A DNA stretch of 64,000 nucleotides from Albugo candida (lineage: Eukaryota): the NCBI GenBank assembly GCA_040437565.1, contig JBDOQK010000052.1, positions 186,001-250,000 of the forward strand. Direction: 5' to 3'. The translations under genes were made by a program, and so were the position numbers. Shown in pieces: positions 1 through 10,400 of this stretch. Numbering within the stretch: the stretch's first letter is position 1; every line of letters starts with the position of its first letter. Below the pieces are notes generated by a model. It did not search any database and was not told the origin of the DNA. It was given only the letters and a program-made list of their open reading frames with translations.

Positions 1-3000
1 GGGGAATGGATGCATGCAGCGATCTCATTTACATTGTGGACATTTGGCTTCATCTTTTCTACTTTGATTGTGTCAGTTTGCATGGAATTTGGAACCTCTT
101 TCGATGCGAAGAAATCAATGTCAAATATCGTAATAGTCGTCGTTTTCGGATTCATGTGATCGCATCGTTGCCGTTTGATTATCTCTTTCGAAAGACTCCG
201 TTGGCGATAAGTCTCACTCGTGTCACCAAACTCATTCGATGCGTGCAACTTCCGTCCTTACTGGACGATACGATTCTCCACATCCAACAGCTAGCGTCCA
301 AAGATGTCTCTTCCTACTTGAATCCATTCAAACTGGCACTTATTCTCTTCCTCGCCGCTCATTACGCCGCTTGTATTTTCTTTTGGATCTCCGAGAACGA
401 GTGTCAGCGTCACAAAAGCCATTGCTGGATCGAACATGATCACATTGTGCACGAGTATCACGGGTCATTGCCGGCGTTGTACATTCGATCGTTCTACTGG
501 GCGCTCACGACGCTGACACTTGTTGGATCGAGAGAAATTGTGCCTCGAGATCTTCTTGGGACACTCTGGGCGGGCTTCACCTGTCTCGGATGCACGTTCC
601 TCATGAGCCACATTGTCGGTGAGCTATCCGAGTTGATCCTCCAAGTCGGTCGCGATGCAAAGGAGTATCAGAGACACATACGAAATCTCGAGCATTTGGC
701 TTCTCAGCACAAGTTTCCCGCTTCCTTACGCGATCGAATAAATGCGTACTTGAGCTTCCAGCATCAGCACAAGAGCGGGAGACAGCTTGCAACGATATTT
801 CGAGATTTGCCCGTGAATCTTCGCTTGGATTTGATGCTTCAAGTGTATGGTTCGTTGCTTCATTCGCTTCCCATAAGTCCATTTCTCTCACTCGCTCAGA
901 TAAATAATCTCTCTTTACATCTTCAAAGTGAGCTTTTTGTGCCTGGAGACGTCATTTTAATGGAAAATACAATGGGAAATCGATTGTGTGTGTTGAAAGA
1001 CGGATTCGCCGGTGTATTTTTGCAAGCTTCTGTTCTCATAAATGTGAGTATGTTGACAAGTGGATGTTTGTTTGGTGAGATCGCTTTCTTCCTTCCGTGT
1101 CAACGACGAATCGCTGGAGTTCGAGCGATTACATACTCTGAGATTTTGTTCATTTCCAAAGGCACGTGGAAAGAGTTGTGGATTGGCTCGGACTCTGTCG
1201 AACGATACGCGACTGAATCGATTCTAAAATGGGTTCGATCTCGATTGACGTGTTATCAGACCGCCAATGTCGCGTTTGCTAGAAAGCTCGAGCGTGTTGG
1301 GAAGTCCAATGAGAAGAAAAAATCAAGCAGACGAAGGAGTTCGATACTTGGGCGTGTGAGCATTCAAGCTCCCCAATCATTGCTCGTGGAACAGACCAAA
1401 TATCTCTTGTCCAAAGTGAGTGAGATGACCAGAAAATTGGAAGCACTTGAGCCCAAACGGATAGGAAACACGCAAAGTAAAAGCACGAGATCGATTGTGC
1501 GCGCAGAGTCGACTTTCTCGGAGGAATGTGTGATGAATGTTATGCCAATACGTCGATCACTGATACATTTGATAACGCCAAAAGCCTCGGAAGAGATGAA
1601 GAAGGAATGTTGGCAGCGGATCGGATTGCTTGCGGCGTTGGAGCATTTTACAAATGATCGAATCAATAAATTGGCCGATAAAGAGTCCATAAAGCCAATG
1701 AGATTGAAAAGATCTCAACTCCGACGTGTGAGATCCTTACCGAGTGTTTGGGTTGACGCATTTGATCAGACACGGCAGCATGACGCCGCTTTTCGGGAGA
1801 AACGAACGGTACGAACGAATGGGACGGATATGTCTCCAGCAATCGATTTCGAAACGTTGCAAAATTGTCATCAGGAACCGCCAATGTATGCGACTTTGTA
1901 CGTCATCTACAAAGCGTTCCGAGAACGATCTTGGAATACTTCAGCTTTATCGATGGAGTACGCCAAAATGAATGGAAGCATGCAAAGTGATCATTTTGTG
2001 TCGCGTATCCGCCAAATTGCTCGAATTTGGCAATTTATTCGACTTGGATTCGTGTGCTTTTACGCGTTACTTGTCCCATTCCGCGCGGGATTCGCCTCAA
2101 GTATCACTGAGACGGTCCATAGCGGCGATTTGATAGTTTGGCAAGTGAGTGAGAATGTCGTCGATGCACTTTGTCTGATGGATTTCGCATTTCAATTCCG
2201 CACCAAAACCGTATTTGAAGCTTTGGCTGTACTTCCATACGATCTCTTTGTGCTTTTACAGCCACGCGAGCATTTTTCTCAGAAATGGTATTTGCTTTGC
2301 TATCTCCGTCTCCATAAACTTTTCCATTTGCTTCGATTCACTCAATTAACTGACAAATGCTTCCAAATTGCCATTTTTGATTTCAAATGGGCGGAAGGGA
2401 AGCTCATGTTTGCGTGGTCTTTGTTCAAATATTTGTTAATTGGCCACTGGATCGCATGCCTTTGGTTCGGCAGCAGTGAGTACGCGTTGCGTATTTACGG
2501 CAACTCGTGGCTCTCGTACAGCGGAATGCTTGTTCCTCACATTGTAAGAGAAGGGAATGGCTTTTTGAGATCGTTTACGCTTTCACGAGTGTCCATTTCA
2601 ATGCAATATTTTCGATCGTTGCATTTTGCTATCGGCTCCATAACGACTTTGTTCTATGGCGATGTGGTGTCCATGAATGTGCTCGAGTTATTCGTGGAAA
2701 TCATTGTCATTTTATGGAGCATTTACGTCTTTGGAGCTTTGATCGGAGCTCATGGTGAGCAATTGGTCATGAACGCGAGCCATAAAGCCAATTTAGAGCA
2801 GAAAAGCGTCGATCTCGAGCATTATATGAAGAAGCATGAGCTTTCAAAAGATCTTCAGGAACAAGCTCGGCATCATCTTGGCTTTTGCGGGCATCCTGGT
2901 CGAGAATATCACGAAGATATCGATATGTTGTCACGTCATTTAAAAGAAATAGTTCTTCACGAAATGATGCGTTCCTTCGTTTCGAATGTGATCGTATTCC

Positions 3001-3572
3001 AATTGTTTGATATTTGCTTTCTTCGCGCTTTGCTTCCACGACTAATGTCAGTGATTTGCATTGATGGAGAGCGAATTCTGATGACTGGCGATATGGATCG
3101 AGCAATGTACTTTGTTGACAGAGGTCGTGTTTTGATGATTAATGAATGCCAATGCGAAGTGTATCGATCGGCCGGCGAATCTTTTGGTGCATTGTCGCTT
3201 TTGTACGGCATTCCGAGCATGAACACGTGCACTGCAGTGACTTTGACAGAGTTGTATCGACTGGATCACACTTCAATGGAGCTTTTACTGCACGTATTCC
3301 CGGAATATCGAACGATCATTCGACGAGATTGGATGCCCAAATCATTGCAATTGCTTCCTTCCCGAAAAGATGAGACTCAGAGTATGGAAATGAGCGTCAG
3401 CATTCCGAATTCCGAAAGTTTGAGCGGCAATTATGAGTCAGCTTTTGTCTGTCGGTCGCGACTCGAATTGCTTGGAAGCCTACACAGTAATGTCGAGGGT
3501 GTAGAAGCAAGAAACATTATCTTTTCAAGCACGAAAGCAGCCAAGGTATCCACGCAGAGATTGATGGATTGA
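1..3572 (+). CDS. Tandem cyclic-nucleotide-gated-type (VIC superfamily) ion channel, 5' truncated by the window edge
   Basis: 1188-aa open frame from the window start. It has two modules, each with TM helices, a pore helix (SFYWALTTLTLVG; SLHFAIGSITTLFYGD), a C-linker and a cNMP-binding domain (FVPGDVI...CLFGEIAFF...RRIAGVRAITYSEI; GESFGALSLLYG...TCTAVTLTELYRL). Confidence 0.85.
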   Translation, partial: GMDACSDLIYIVDIWLHLFYFDCVSLHGIWNLFRCEEINVKYRNSRRFRIHVIASLPFDYLFRKTPLAISLTRVTKLIRCVQLPSLLDDTILHIQQLASKDVSSYLNPFKLALILFLAAHYAACIFFWISENECQRHKSHCWIEHDHIVHEYHGSLPALYIRSFYWALTTLTLVGSREIVPRDLLGTLWAGFTCLGCTFLMSHIVGELSELILQVGRDAKEYQRHIRNLEHLASQHKFPASLRDRINAYLSFQHQHKSGRQLATIFRDLPVNLRLDLMLQVYGSLLHSLPISPFLSLAQINNLSLHLQSELFVPGDVILMENTMGNRLCVLKDGFAGVFLQASVLINVSMLTSGCLFGEIAFFLPCQRRIAGVRAITYSEILFISKGTWKELWIGSDSVERYATESILKWVRSRLTCYQTANVAFARKLERVGKSNEKKKSSRRRSSILGRVSIQAPQSLLVEQTKYLLSKVSEMTRKLEALEPKRIGNTQSKSTRSIVRAESTFSEECVMNVMPIRRSLIHLITPKASEEMKKECWQRIGLLAALEHFTNDRINKLADKESIKPMRLKRSQLRRVRSLPSVWVDAFDQTRQHDAAFREKRTVRTNGTDMSPAIDFETLQNCHQEPPMYATLYVIYKAFRERSWNTSALSMEYAKMNGSMQSDHFVSRIRQIARIWQFIRLGFVCFYALLVPFRAGFASSITETVHSGDLIVWQVSENVVDALCLMDFAFQFRTKTVFEALAVLPYDLFVLLQPREHFSQKWYLLCYLRLHKLFHLLRFTQLTDKCFQIAIFDFKWAEGKLMFAWSLFKYLLIGHWIACLWFGSSEYALRIYGNSWLSYSGMLVPHIVREGNGFLRSFTLSRVSISMQYFRSLHFAIGSITTLFYGDVVSMNVLELFVEIIVILWSIYVFGALIGAHGEQLVMNASHKANLEQKSVDLEHYMKKHELSKDLQEQARHHLGFCGHPGREYHEDIDMLSRHLKEIVLHEMMRSFVSNVIVFQLFDICFLRALLPRLMSVICIDGERILMTGDMDRAMYFVDRGRVLMINECQCEVYRSAGESFGALSLLYGIPSMNTCTAVTLTELYRLDHTSMELLLHVFPEYRTIIRRDWMPKSLQLLPSRKDETQSMEMSVSIPNSESLSGNYESAFVCRSRLELLGSLHSNVEGVEARNIIFSSTKAAKVSTQRLMD

Positions 3573-3657
3573 TACCGCTGGACTGCCTGTTGCCCATTTC
3601 ATTGCCTAATGATCGAAAGAGAAAACGCCACATCTAAAATATGTTTCTTACTTTTTA

Positions 3658-5303
3658 TCAATATCGGAAAATTGAAATGGGGCCTTTGCCGCTTTTCATT
3701 TCAGTGACAGCTTGCCGTTGCTCTTCCTGTGAAAACTCCTGTCTATACTCTTTTTTGGTTTTTCTTCGCTCTCTTTGTTGCTGTTTGACGAGCGCTTTTC
3801 TCGCTTTTTTCTCTTCGAGCGATTCCTTCTCAGTCCTTCGAGGAGCCGATGCTTTCGTTCTTTGCGGATGTGATGCAACACTGCCACAATTTCGATTTGA
3901 AGCGTCGAGTACACCGAGTGGCATTCCTGTTTTTCTTGACAGTTGGATAACGGAAAATGTTGATCGATTGTCAGGAACGGTGAGATTCCGAGCTTTAAAT
4001 CTGTGGTTCTTTTTTCCTTCTTCACGGAGTAGCGTTGGATGATTGTCCATGTTGGAATAAGTGCTTACGATCGTCTCACAGTCCCATTCTTCTCTGCTTG
4101 GTCGTTGCACGTAAACGTTGTTGTTGATGTAATTACTGAGAATCGTATCAACGTCTTCTTCTTTAGTGACGTCGTCGTATTCGAGTTCTTCTTGACATGA
4201 CGCAGCCAGAATTTCAGGTAAACGATTACCAGTCACATGAGGATTACCCACTTTGCCTTCATCATCGTGCATATCCCGTTTGATTGCAACATAATCTTGT
4301 AAGAGCTCCTCCAGGACATCTCCTTCTAATTCCGTGCCATCAACTTCAGCATCGTCAGAATTTTCTTCATCTGTCTGATACTCTGCAGCGTACAACTCTT
4401 CAAACTGAGCGTCAAGCAATTCTTGTAGCTCTGTTGCAGACTTCGACACAACATCCTCTTCTTCGGTTTTGCTAACTCGCTCAACTTTCGTACTTGGGTA
4501 GTCTCCACCGGCTCTGAGTAAGAGTTTTGCAATGTGAGCATCATAATCGAACGGAACTTCATCTGCGGGAAGATCCACGTCATTTGCAGATGCTTGAAGC
4601 ACAAAGTCGTCTGTGAGCTCCTCAAAAGCATCAACATTCACAAGCGCTTCTCGTAAGTCAGCATCCATCGTATCTGTAGTAAGTGTGATTGCATCTAGTA
4701 GTCGCTCATTTTCTCGATTGCTCGGTAGTACGTCTTCTGAAAGCTCGACATTCTTTGTAAGTGCATCAAAAGGCGTAAAATGGCCGCTTTTCGAATAGAA
4801 TTGACCGTTTCCCTGCCCCATTTCCTTCAAATGCTGTGAATAATCGTATCCATCGCGTCGTAGACCATTCTCGTCGACTAAATCTTTGAATTGGAGCTCC
4901 TCAAAGCGCCTCGATCCTTCCTGCTTAATTGTGACAGTCTCTCCGCCTTGAATGAGATCAGGAATGTCTTCATCGTCTTCGCTTTCCTCTGAATTCTCTC
5001 TAGCGCTTTCGTCAGGATCCAAATTTGTCTATTTGCAACAAATTATACAGCGTATTAGGATATAGAGGTATCGAGTGATAGAGGTACGCAAGTTGACCTT
5101 GGTTGGAAGGAGAACGTATTTTGATGCGTTCGGATCGTTGGCTTTTGGATCGCGCTGACTGCGGTGAATTACATGGAAATGCTGCGCACTTTTTCGATCG
5201 ACAAAAGCCTTCTTTCGGCGACCCTATTTTTGTTCAACAAAGCGACCGTCCACACAATGAGAATGAAAAGGAACTGAAAATGCGAACGGAAAGCTATTAC
5301 CAT
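3658..5303 (-). CDS. LTV1: LTV1 homolog (40S ribosome biogenesis factor), 3 exons: 5301-5303, 5098-5223, 3658-5028
   Basis: The spliced N-terminus MGRRKKAFVDRKSAQHFHVIHRSQRDP matches the LTV1 N-terminal motif. It also has DGYDYSQHLK, WDCETIVSTYSNMDNHP and a basic C-terminal coiled coil. GT-AG introns at 5224-5300 and 5029-5097 keep the frame. Confidence 0.92.
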
Positions 5304-5411
5304 TCTTAAAAAACGCGGAATGGAACATTCAAACAACACTCAGTCAACATTTTCAAGCAACTCTTATTGGTTCAAAATGAATTGACGTAAATGAAAACTC
5401 TTCGCGAAAAG

Positions 5412-6409
5412 TCAAATGAGCTCTCCTTGCTTTGCGACGCGTGCGGTACTTCCGCTTCCAAGAAGAGGACGTGACTCTTCTCGATCTACAGTTGCCACAA
5501 TATGCTCTTCGGATGGATGTTTTGCGTGCCAGATTGTGACAATGAGCACGACAAGAGTGAGGAGAAGCGTTAATCCAATACTGTTGCCCAATATGCAGTC
5601 GGTTGTGAGACTTCCCTTCAGTTGTTCGCCTTTCCATCTTCCAGTCAAATTGCAGCTGCTGTTGAACGACAGCTTTTCCTGGATACCGACAGCTATACGC
5701 AAGTTGCGTTGTGAAATACGTATACTACGAACGAGGTCACTTACCAGCAGTGAGATACACAGTCGCCAATAAGCCCAAGCCAATTCCAATGTGAAATGGC
5801 AACGTTTCTGATCGAACGTATGCTTTGCTTCCGGGAAAGAAGAACACAATAAAGCTCCACATGTACTACACACATGTATAAAGACTGAGTATGTCAGAAG
5901 TATAGTCGCGAAAATCTAATACACACGTGCAAAGCGAAGATGGATGCAACACTGATGCCCAACCAGCTATGCAAGCTATAAAAATTGGTGATATTGTGCT
6001 CAAAATGGAATCGGAACACTGCCACCAATCCAATTATGGTGCAGATGAATGCGATCAAGTGCAGACTGAGATGTATACGCTTGTTTATCTCGTGACTATA
6101 CGGAGACGTGATGTATACTAGCGCAGCTTGCGATGAACAAAAAATGAATCCAGTGGTCATCATCAGCGGATGCCAATTAAAAACTTGAGAATCCCCTTTC
6201 GTCCACGAGAAACCCGCCAACAGATGCTCGACAATGGTTCCATCAGGCTGTATAGCATACGATGACAGCGTCGATCCCATCCATTTGTACATTAGGAACA
6301 GCAGCACTAAAGGAAGAAGCTTCCGAAATAAACATCAGCAATCAACTTTTCATACTACAGCAATTAGCAATCAGCTTACGTGAGCCGTAACACGTAAAAT
6401 CATAATCAT
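5412..6409 (-). CDS. Cytochrome b561 family transmembrane ascorbate-dependent reductase (about 4 exons)
   Basis: Heme-ligating His motifs FNWHPLMMTTG, KRIHLSLH, FYSLHSWLG and spliced LPFHIGIG, followed by GIQEKL. Exons are joined through GT-AG introns. The start codon (6409 or 6403) is inferred. Confidence 0.85.
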
Positions 6410-6646
6410 TTTAAAATTGACGAGATATCGATTATCCTCCAGTCATACATAACCTCTTTATCTATATTCCCTCTATCAATTCAACCATTTTACCACACAG
6501 ATTAACGTCAAATCGNNNNNNNNNNNNNNNNNNNNNNNNNNNNNNNNNNNNNNNNNNNNNNNNNNNNNNNNNNNNNNNNNNNNNNNNNNNNNNNNNNNNN
6601 NNNNNNNNNNNNNNNATTACCGTCAAATCGTAAAGTCGGACGCAAA

Positions 6647-8380
6647 ATGGAAAAAAGCTTGCAAGAATTGAGCAAAGAAGCGCACCAATGGACGCTTCAT
6701 TCCGACCGTGAACTGCATCTCTACCTAAAATCTTACTCGGGATCTCTTATCGGTCGTATAAAGTCATTGGAAGACTCTGTTCGTCAGCTCTCAACGCAAG
6801 CCGATCGATCGAATGTGAGGCTCCGCAACACACTCAATCAATTCCTATCGCTATCAGACAGCCAATTCATCGAAAATCGCGTGTACGACGAAGAACAAGA
6901 CGAATTCTCATTCGATACGTCTGTAAAACCAATTGAACAGCCTCTTACCACTGAAAAGGAGCCAGAAAGCAGTCAAATGAAAACGCCTCCGGGCGAAGAA
7001 TCCATTGCGAGTAAATATCGCAAAGCTTTGGAAATGGGAATGGAAGCGATGAAATTATTTGCTATTTACGACGAAAATGAAATGTTGGAACCGAATTTCG
7101 ATACAGTTTTGGACATTTACAACGAACGGCCTTTGCCATTTATTATCGGAAGCAGAGAATTCTTGGAAGACGATACGCTCGGGCTGGGTGCAGCTCCCGA
7201 GGTAGCACGATCATCTTCTTCTTCTTCGTTTGGAGATGATTCATCCAGCGAGTACAGTGCTTCCGATAGCGCTTCCGGCTCTTTCAGTGATGACTCTGAT
7301 GAGATCGAAGAGGTAGCGAATGTGAGGAAGAAACAAAACGTTGTGAGAGATAGTGAGGATGGATTATTTGGACAAGATTTAGTACCGGCAGACCACAATG
7401 ATGGGGGCTTTAGTGATGAAGAAATCCCTTTGGAATACGACAGTGATAATGAAAGTGGATTGTTTGGAAAAACTCTACCAATTCAGCCGCCGGATGAGAA
7501 AAGTCGAAGGATATCATCGAGTTCCTCCGATTCAGAAACTTCCGGCTTGTTTGGGTCCAGCAGACATACTCCACCAACACCTCAAACCCAACCGACTCTG
7601 GATATCGCTCAGGCCGTCGCCGTCGCCGCCAATTCTCGAGTCGTACCAAAATCCCCAGTGCGAAGTTTGTCATCCAGCTACAGCGATGCTGATTCAGAAG
7701 AGAAGAGTTCCAGTGAGAAATATGCTATTCCGATAATGAAAGAGACTCCAATTACGCAAACTGCTCCCTTCCTTCCACCCGGGCCACGAAATTCTCGAAA
7801 CGAGATCAGACATCCGGGACCACGCAAGATATCGTCTTGTAGCAGTGATGAAGATGGCGGATTGTTTGGTTCGAGTTCCTATCGAAATTCGAATTCACAA
7901 GTCGCAGGAGAAAAAACAACCACAGAGCCAATGGCATATAAAAGCTCGTTATTTGACGATGATAGCGACAATGAAAGTACAAGTAGCGGGCTGTTTGGCA
8001 GCAGTTCCCGCTCGAATCCGGTCATACCTCTGTCTCAGCCTCAAGTTCCCATCATTCCAAGCGCTTTAAATGTCACAAAGCCTCCGATTGACGATTCATC
8101 CAGCGAGGAAGGATCTGATTCCGGGCTCTTTTCTACCAAAATTCCAGCCAAAGTTCCTCGACACGCGATCAATGACAGTGACAGCGACGATTGGAGTGAT
8201 GATGGCCAAGGATTATTTGGTACCGCTCCACCATCGACCGGTAAAAGTCCAGCAGCTCCACCAACACAACCGAAAAGCGTTGCTCCCAGCAAACAAACTC
8301 AAGCAAAACGGGAAATTGATTCGGATTCTGATGACTGGGATGACGATGGATCATTGTTTGGGACTTCTGGGCGGAAGTGA
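6647..8380 (+). CDS. WASHC2: WASH complex subunit 2 (FAM21)-like protein
   Basis: N-terminal head WTLHSDRELHLYL...NQFLSLSDSQFIENRVYDEE and YNERPLPFIIGSREFLEDDTLGL are characteristic of FAM21. The rest is an acidic/Ser-rich disordered tail with repeated Leu-Phe motifs. Confidence 0.88.
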   Translation: MEKSLQELSKEAHQWTLHSDRELHLYLKSYSGSLIGRIKSLEDSVRQLSTQADRSNVRLRNTLNQFLSLSDSQFIENRVYDEEQDEFSFDTSVKPIEQPLTTEKEPESSQMKTPPGEESIASKYRKALEMGMEAMKLFAIYDENEMLEPNFDTVLDIYNERPLPFIIGSREFLEDDTLGLGAAPEVARSSSSSSFGDDSSSEYSASDSASGSFSDDSDEIEEVANVRKKQNVVRDSEDGLFGQDLVPADHNDGGFSDEEIPLEYDSDNESGLFGKTLPIQPPDEKSRRISSSSSDSETSGLFGSSRHTPPTPQTQPTLDIAQAVAVAANSRVVPKSPVRSLSSSYSDADSEEKSSSEKYAIPIMKETPITQTAPFLPPGPRNSRNEIRHPGPRKISSCSSDEDGGLFGSSSYRNSNSQVAGEKTTTEPMAYKSSLFDDDSDNESTSSGLFGSSSRSNPVIPLSQPQVPIIPSALNVTKPPIDDSSSEEGSDSGLFSTKIPAKVPRHAINDSDSDDWSDDGQGLFGTAPPSTGKSPAAPPTQPKSVAPSKQTQAKREIDSDSDDWDDDGSLFGTSGRK

Positions 8381-8477
8381 ATACGAAATGGAGCTTCCGT
8401 TCGATTCTTTCTGATTCTGATTCTACAAGGATGGACAATTCTGGATCTGATACTATATCTGATTCTGATTCTGAGTA

Positions 8478-10400
8478 TTACTCGCCGGAAGACTGAAGCC
8501 CCGCATGTTGTACAGCCGAACGTGACTGTTGTGTGACTTGATCCCGCACTTGCGAAGCTTTATGGAGAAGCTGAATCATCTGTTCTTTCAGCACTGGATC
8601 CTCTTGTTGCGTTGTGGATATTCTAGAAGCAACAACAAGCTCATCTTCGCGGTCATACCCACTCAATAAAACAAGGTCTGATTCCTTTTTTGGTTTCGGT
8701 CGATACGACGACATGAGCTGTGATTTCGTCATTCTTGATCCTTTCTGCTGTGCTTCACGCCGTTCTTGGACCATAACCATCGCCAAATGAGCCAAATTTT
8801 GCATCGTAGCAATCTGACTTTCTTGTAAAGTATCACGAGGCTCCGTATCCAATACACAAACAGCTCCGACACATTCGTTTTCGACTGTAAATAGAGGTGC
8901 TGCCGCTAAAAATCGGACAGCCAATGGACCAGTGACGAAAGGATGCTGTCGAAACCGCGGGTCTTCCAAAGTATCCATCACAATGAGTGGTCGTTGATCT
9001 CGGACCGGATACTCACAAAAGCTGAAATCGCGAGGTACATCCGCTTCTCGCACGTGAATGGCGCTTTTGAACCACTGTCGATTCTCATCAATCAGATTCA
9101 CAGCAGCGTACGTGCATGCGAGTGTCTGAGCCGCGAGATCGCACAATGTGTCATAAATATCGACTTCTGTGTCTTTACGGACATCCTCATACAAATCGTT
9201 TCCGAGGTCACCGATCCGTAGCTGTTCGAGTAAGTTTGATACCATCGCTTGTTTTGATGGATCCCGTGCCGCAATTTGACGTAACCACGCTACTCCTACT
9301 AAATCAGGTACATTTGGAATCGACTGAATTGGAAGTGCAAGTGCGTATTCTTCCACAGCATCACGTAGCTTTTTATCTGTTACATCGTTCTTAACAGATG
9401 TTTGCCCAACCAATTGACTTGATCGACTTCCATCCATACAAGCTTTACAAACGCGTAATGTTGTTAGTCCAACGGATTGTAAATCAACAGATTGGTAGAT
9501 AGAGCAATGTCGACAAATGATTTCGCCACATGCTCGACAGTGATGTTTCCTCCTGGTATTGCTGAAGGCTTTGAGACACAAGCGACAGCAATGTCGATCC
9601 TTATCATCGACCCAAGTGGGCGTCTTACGAACAGTGAGATCTCGACTGATACGTTTCCTACTCAAGCTTTCTTCTAAAAAACCGATAGACTCGGCCCATT
9701 GCAATAAAAACTGACGATTGAGACGACGCTGTGATCGCTGATTTGGTGGTTGACGGATACAGCATGTGAATCGTGCTTCAATGAATCCTTCGGATTTTGG
9801 AATGAAAAGAAATCCGCATTTAGTGACAGACCCCCGCTGTAATCGATGCGACGACCATAAGGATGGGCATTCCGATTGTTCGATGGATTCAAGCAAACAA
9901 ACGCCTATTGATTGGTGCTTATCTTTTCCAATGATATCCGCACTTAAGATGCCACTGTATTCCACGAGACACAAATCTTGGTTGTGTAACATAGGATTTA
10001 TAACACTTTTGTGACCCATCGCCAACCACTTTATTCCTACGTATTCCGTTTCACCGTGTTCCTGATGGTACAATTGCGCACCGTCCAAGAAAAAATCGTT
10101 GAGTAAAAAATGAAACAACGAGCGAAATTCGGCCGTGGAAGTGGTCGTGAACATATTCATCATTTCAGCAAGTGTTGCACGGACACTTGCTACCGACTTG
10201 ATGCCGTAGCTAAGTCCCCCTTTTTGACGATCCTCGGAAACTTGAACACCTTTTTTTTCATGCAGCAAGGTCCAATCAGCGTCAAATTGATGTAATTCTG
10301 GTACCATTGATCGGGTCCATTGTAAAAGCTCTGCCTCTTCACTCGGGTCCAAGTGCGGCGTTGCGAAAAACCCGCTGCGTAATGGAAGCGAGCGTACCAT
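8478..10400 (-). CDS. START-like + FYVE zinc finger + GAF domain protein
   Basis: 640-aa ORF. FYVE: WVDD...CRLC...RRKHHCRACG..IC..C...RVC. GAF: AAVNLIDENRQWFKS...FCEY...DPRFRQHPFV...RFLAAAPL. The N-terminal region (WTLLHEKKGVQV...IKWLA...DLCLVEYSG) is START-like. Confidence 0.85.
   Translation of the reverse strand: MVRSLPLRSGFFATPHLDPSEEAELLQWTRSMVPELHQFDADWTLLHEKKGVQVSEDRQKGGLSYGIKSVASVRATLAEMMNMFTTTSTAEFRSLFHFLLNDFFLDGAQLYHQEHGETEYVGIKWLAMGHKSVINPMLHNQDLCLVEYSGILSADIIGKDKHQSIGVCLLESIEQSECPSLWSSHRLQRGSVTKCGFLFIPKSEGFIEARFTCCIRQPPNQRSQRRLNRQFLLQWAESIGFLEESLSRKRISRDLTVRKTPTWVDDKDRHCCRLCLKAFSNTRRKHHCRACGEIICRHCSIYQSVDLQSVGLTTLRVCKACMDGSRSSQLVGQTSVKNDVTDKKLRDAVEEYALALPIQSIPNVPDLVGVAWLRQIAARDPSKQAMVSNLLEQLRIGDLGNDLYEDVRKDTEVDIYDTLCDLAAQTLACTYAAVNLIDENRQWFKSAIHVREADVPRDFSFCEYPVRDQRPLIVMDTLEDPRFRQHPFVTGPLAVRFLAAAPLFTVENECVGAVCVLDTEPRDTLQESQIATMQNLAHLAMVMVQERREAQQKGSRMTKSQLMSSYRPKPKKESDLVLLSGYDREDELVVASRISTTQQEDPVLKEQMIQLLHKASQVRDQVTQQSRSAVQHAGLQSSGE

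Noticed and set aside
7350..8365. GLFG repeats suggesting a Nup98-type nucleoporin
   Set aside because: The spacers are acidic and Pro-rich rather than uncharged, and the N-terminal domain is clearly FAM21.
8402..8475. Short CTGATT repeats between the FAM21 and FYVE-GAF stops
   Set aside because: Low-copy degenerate hexamer microsatellite with no supportable function.
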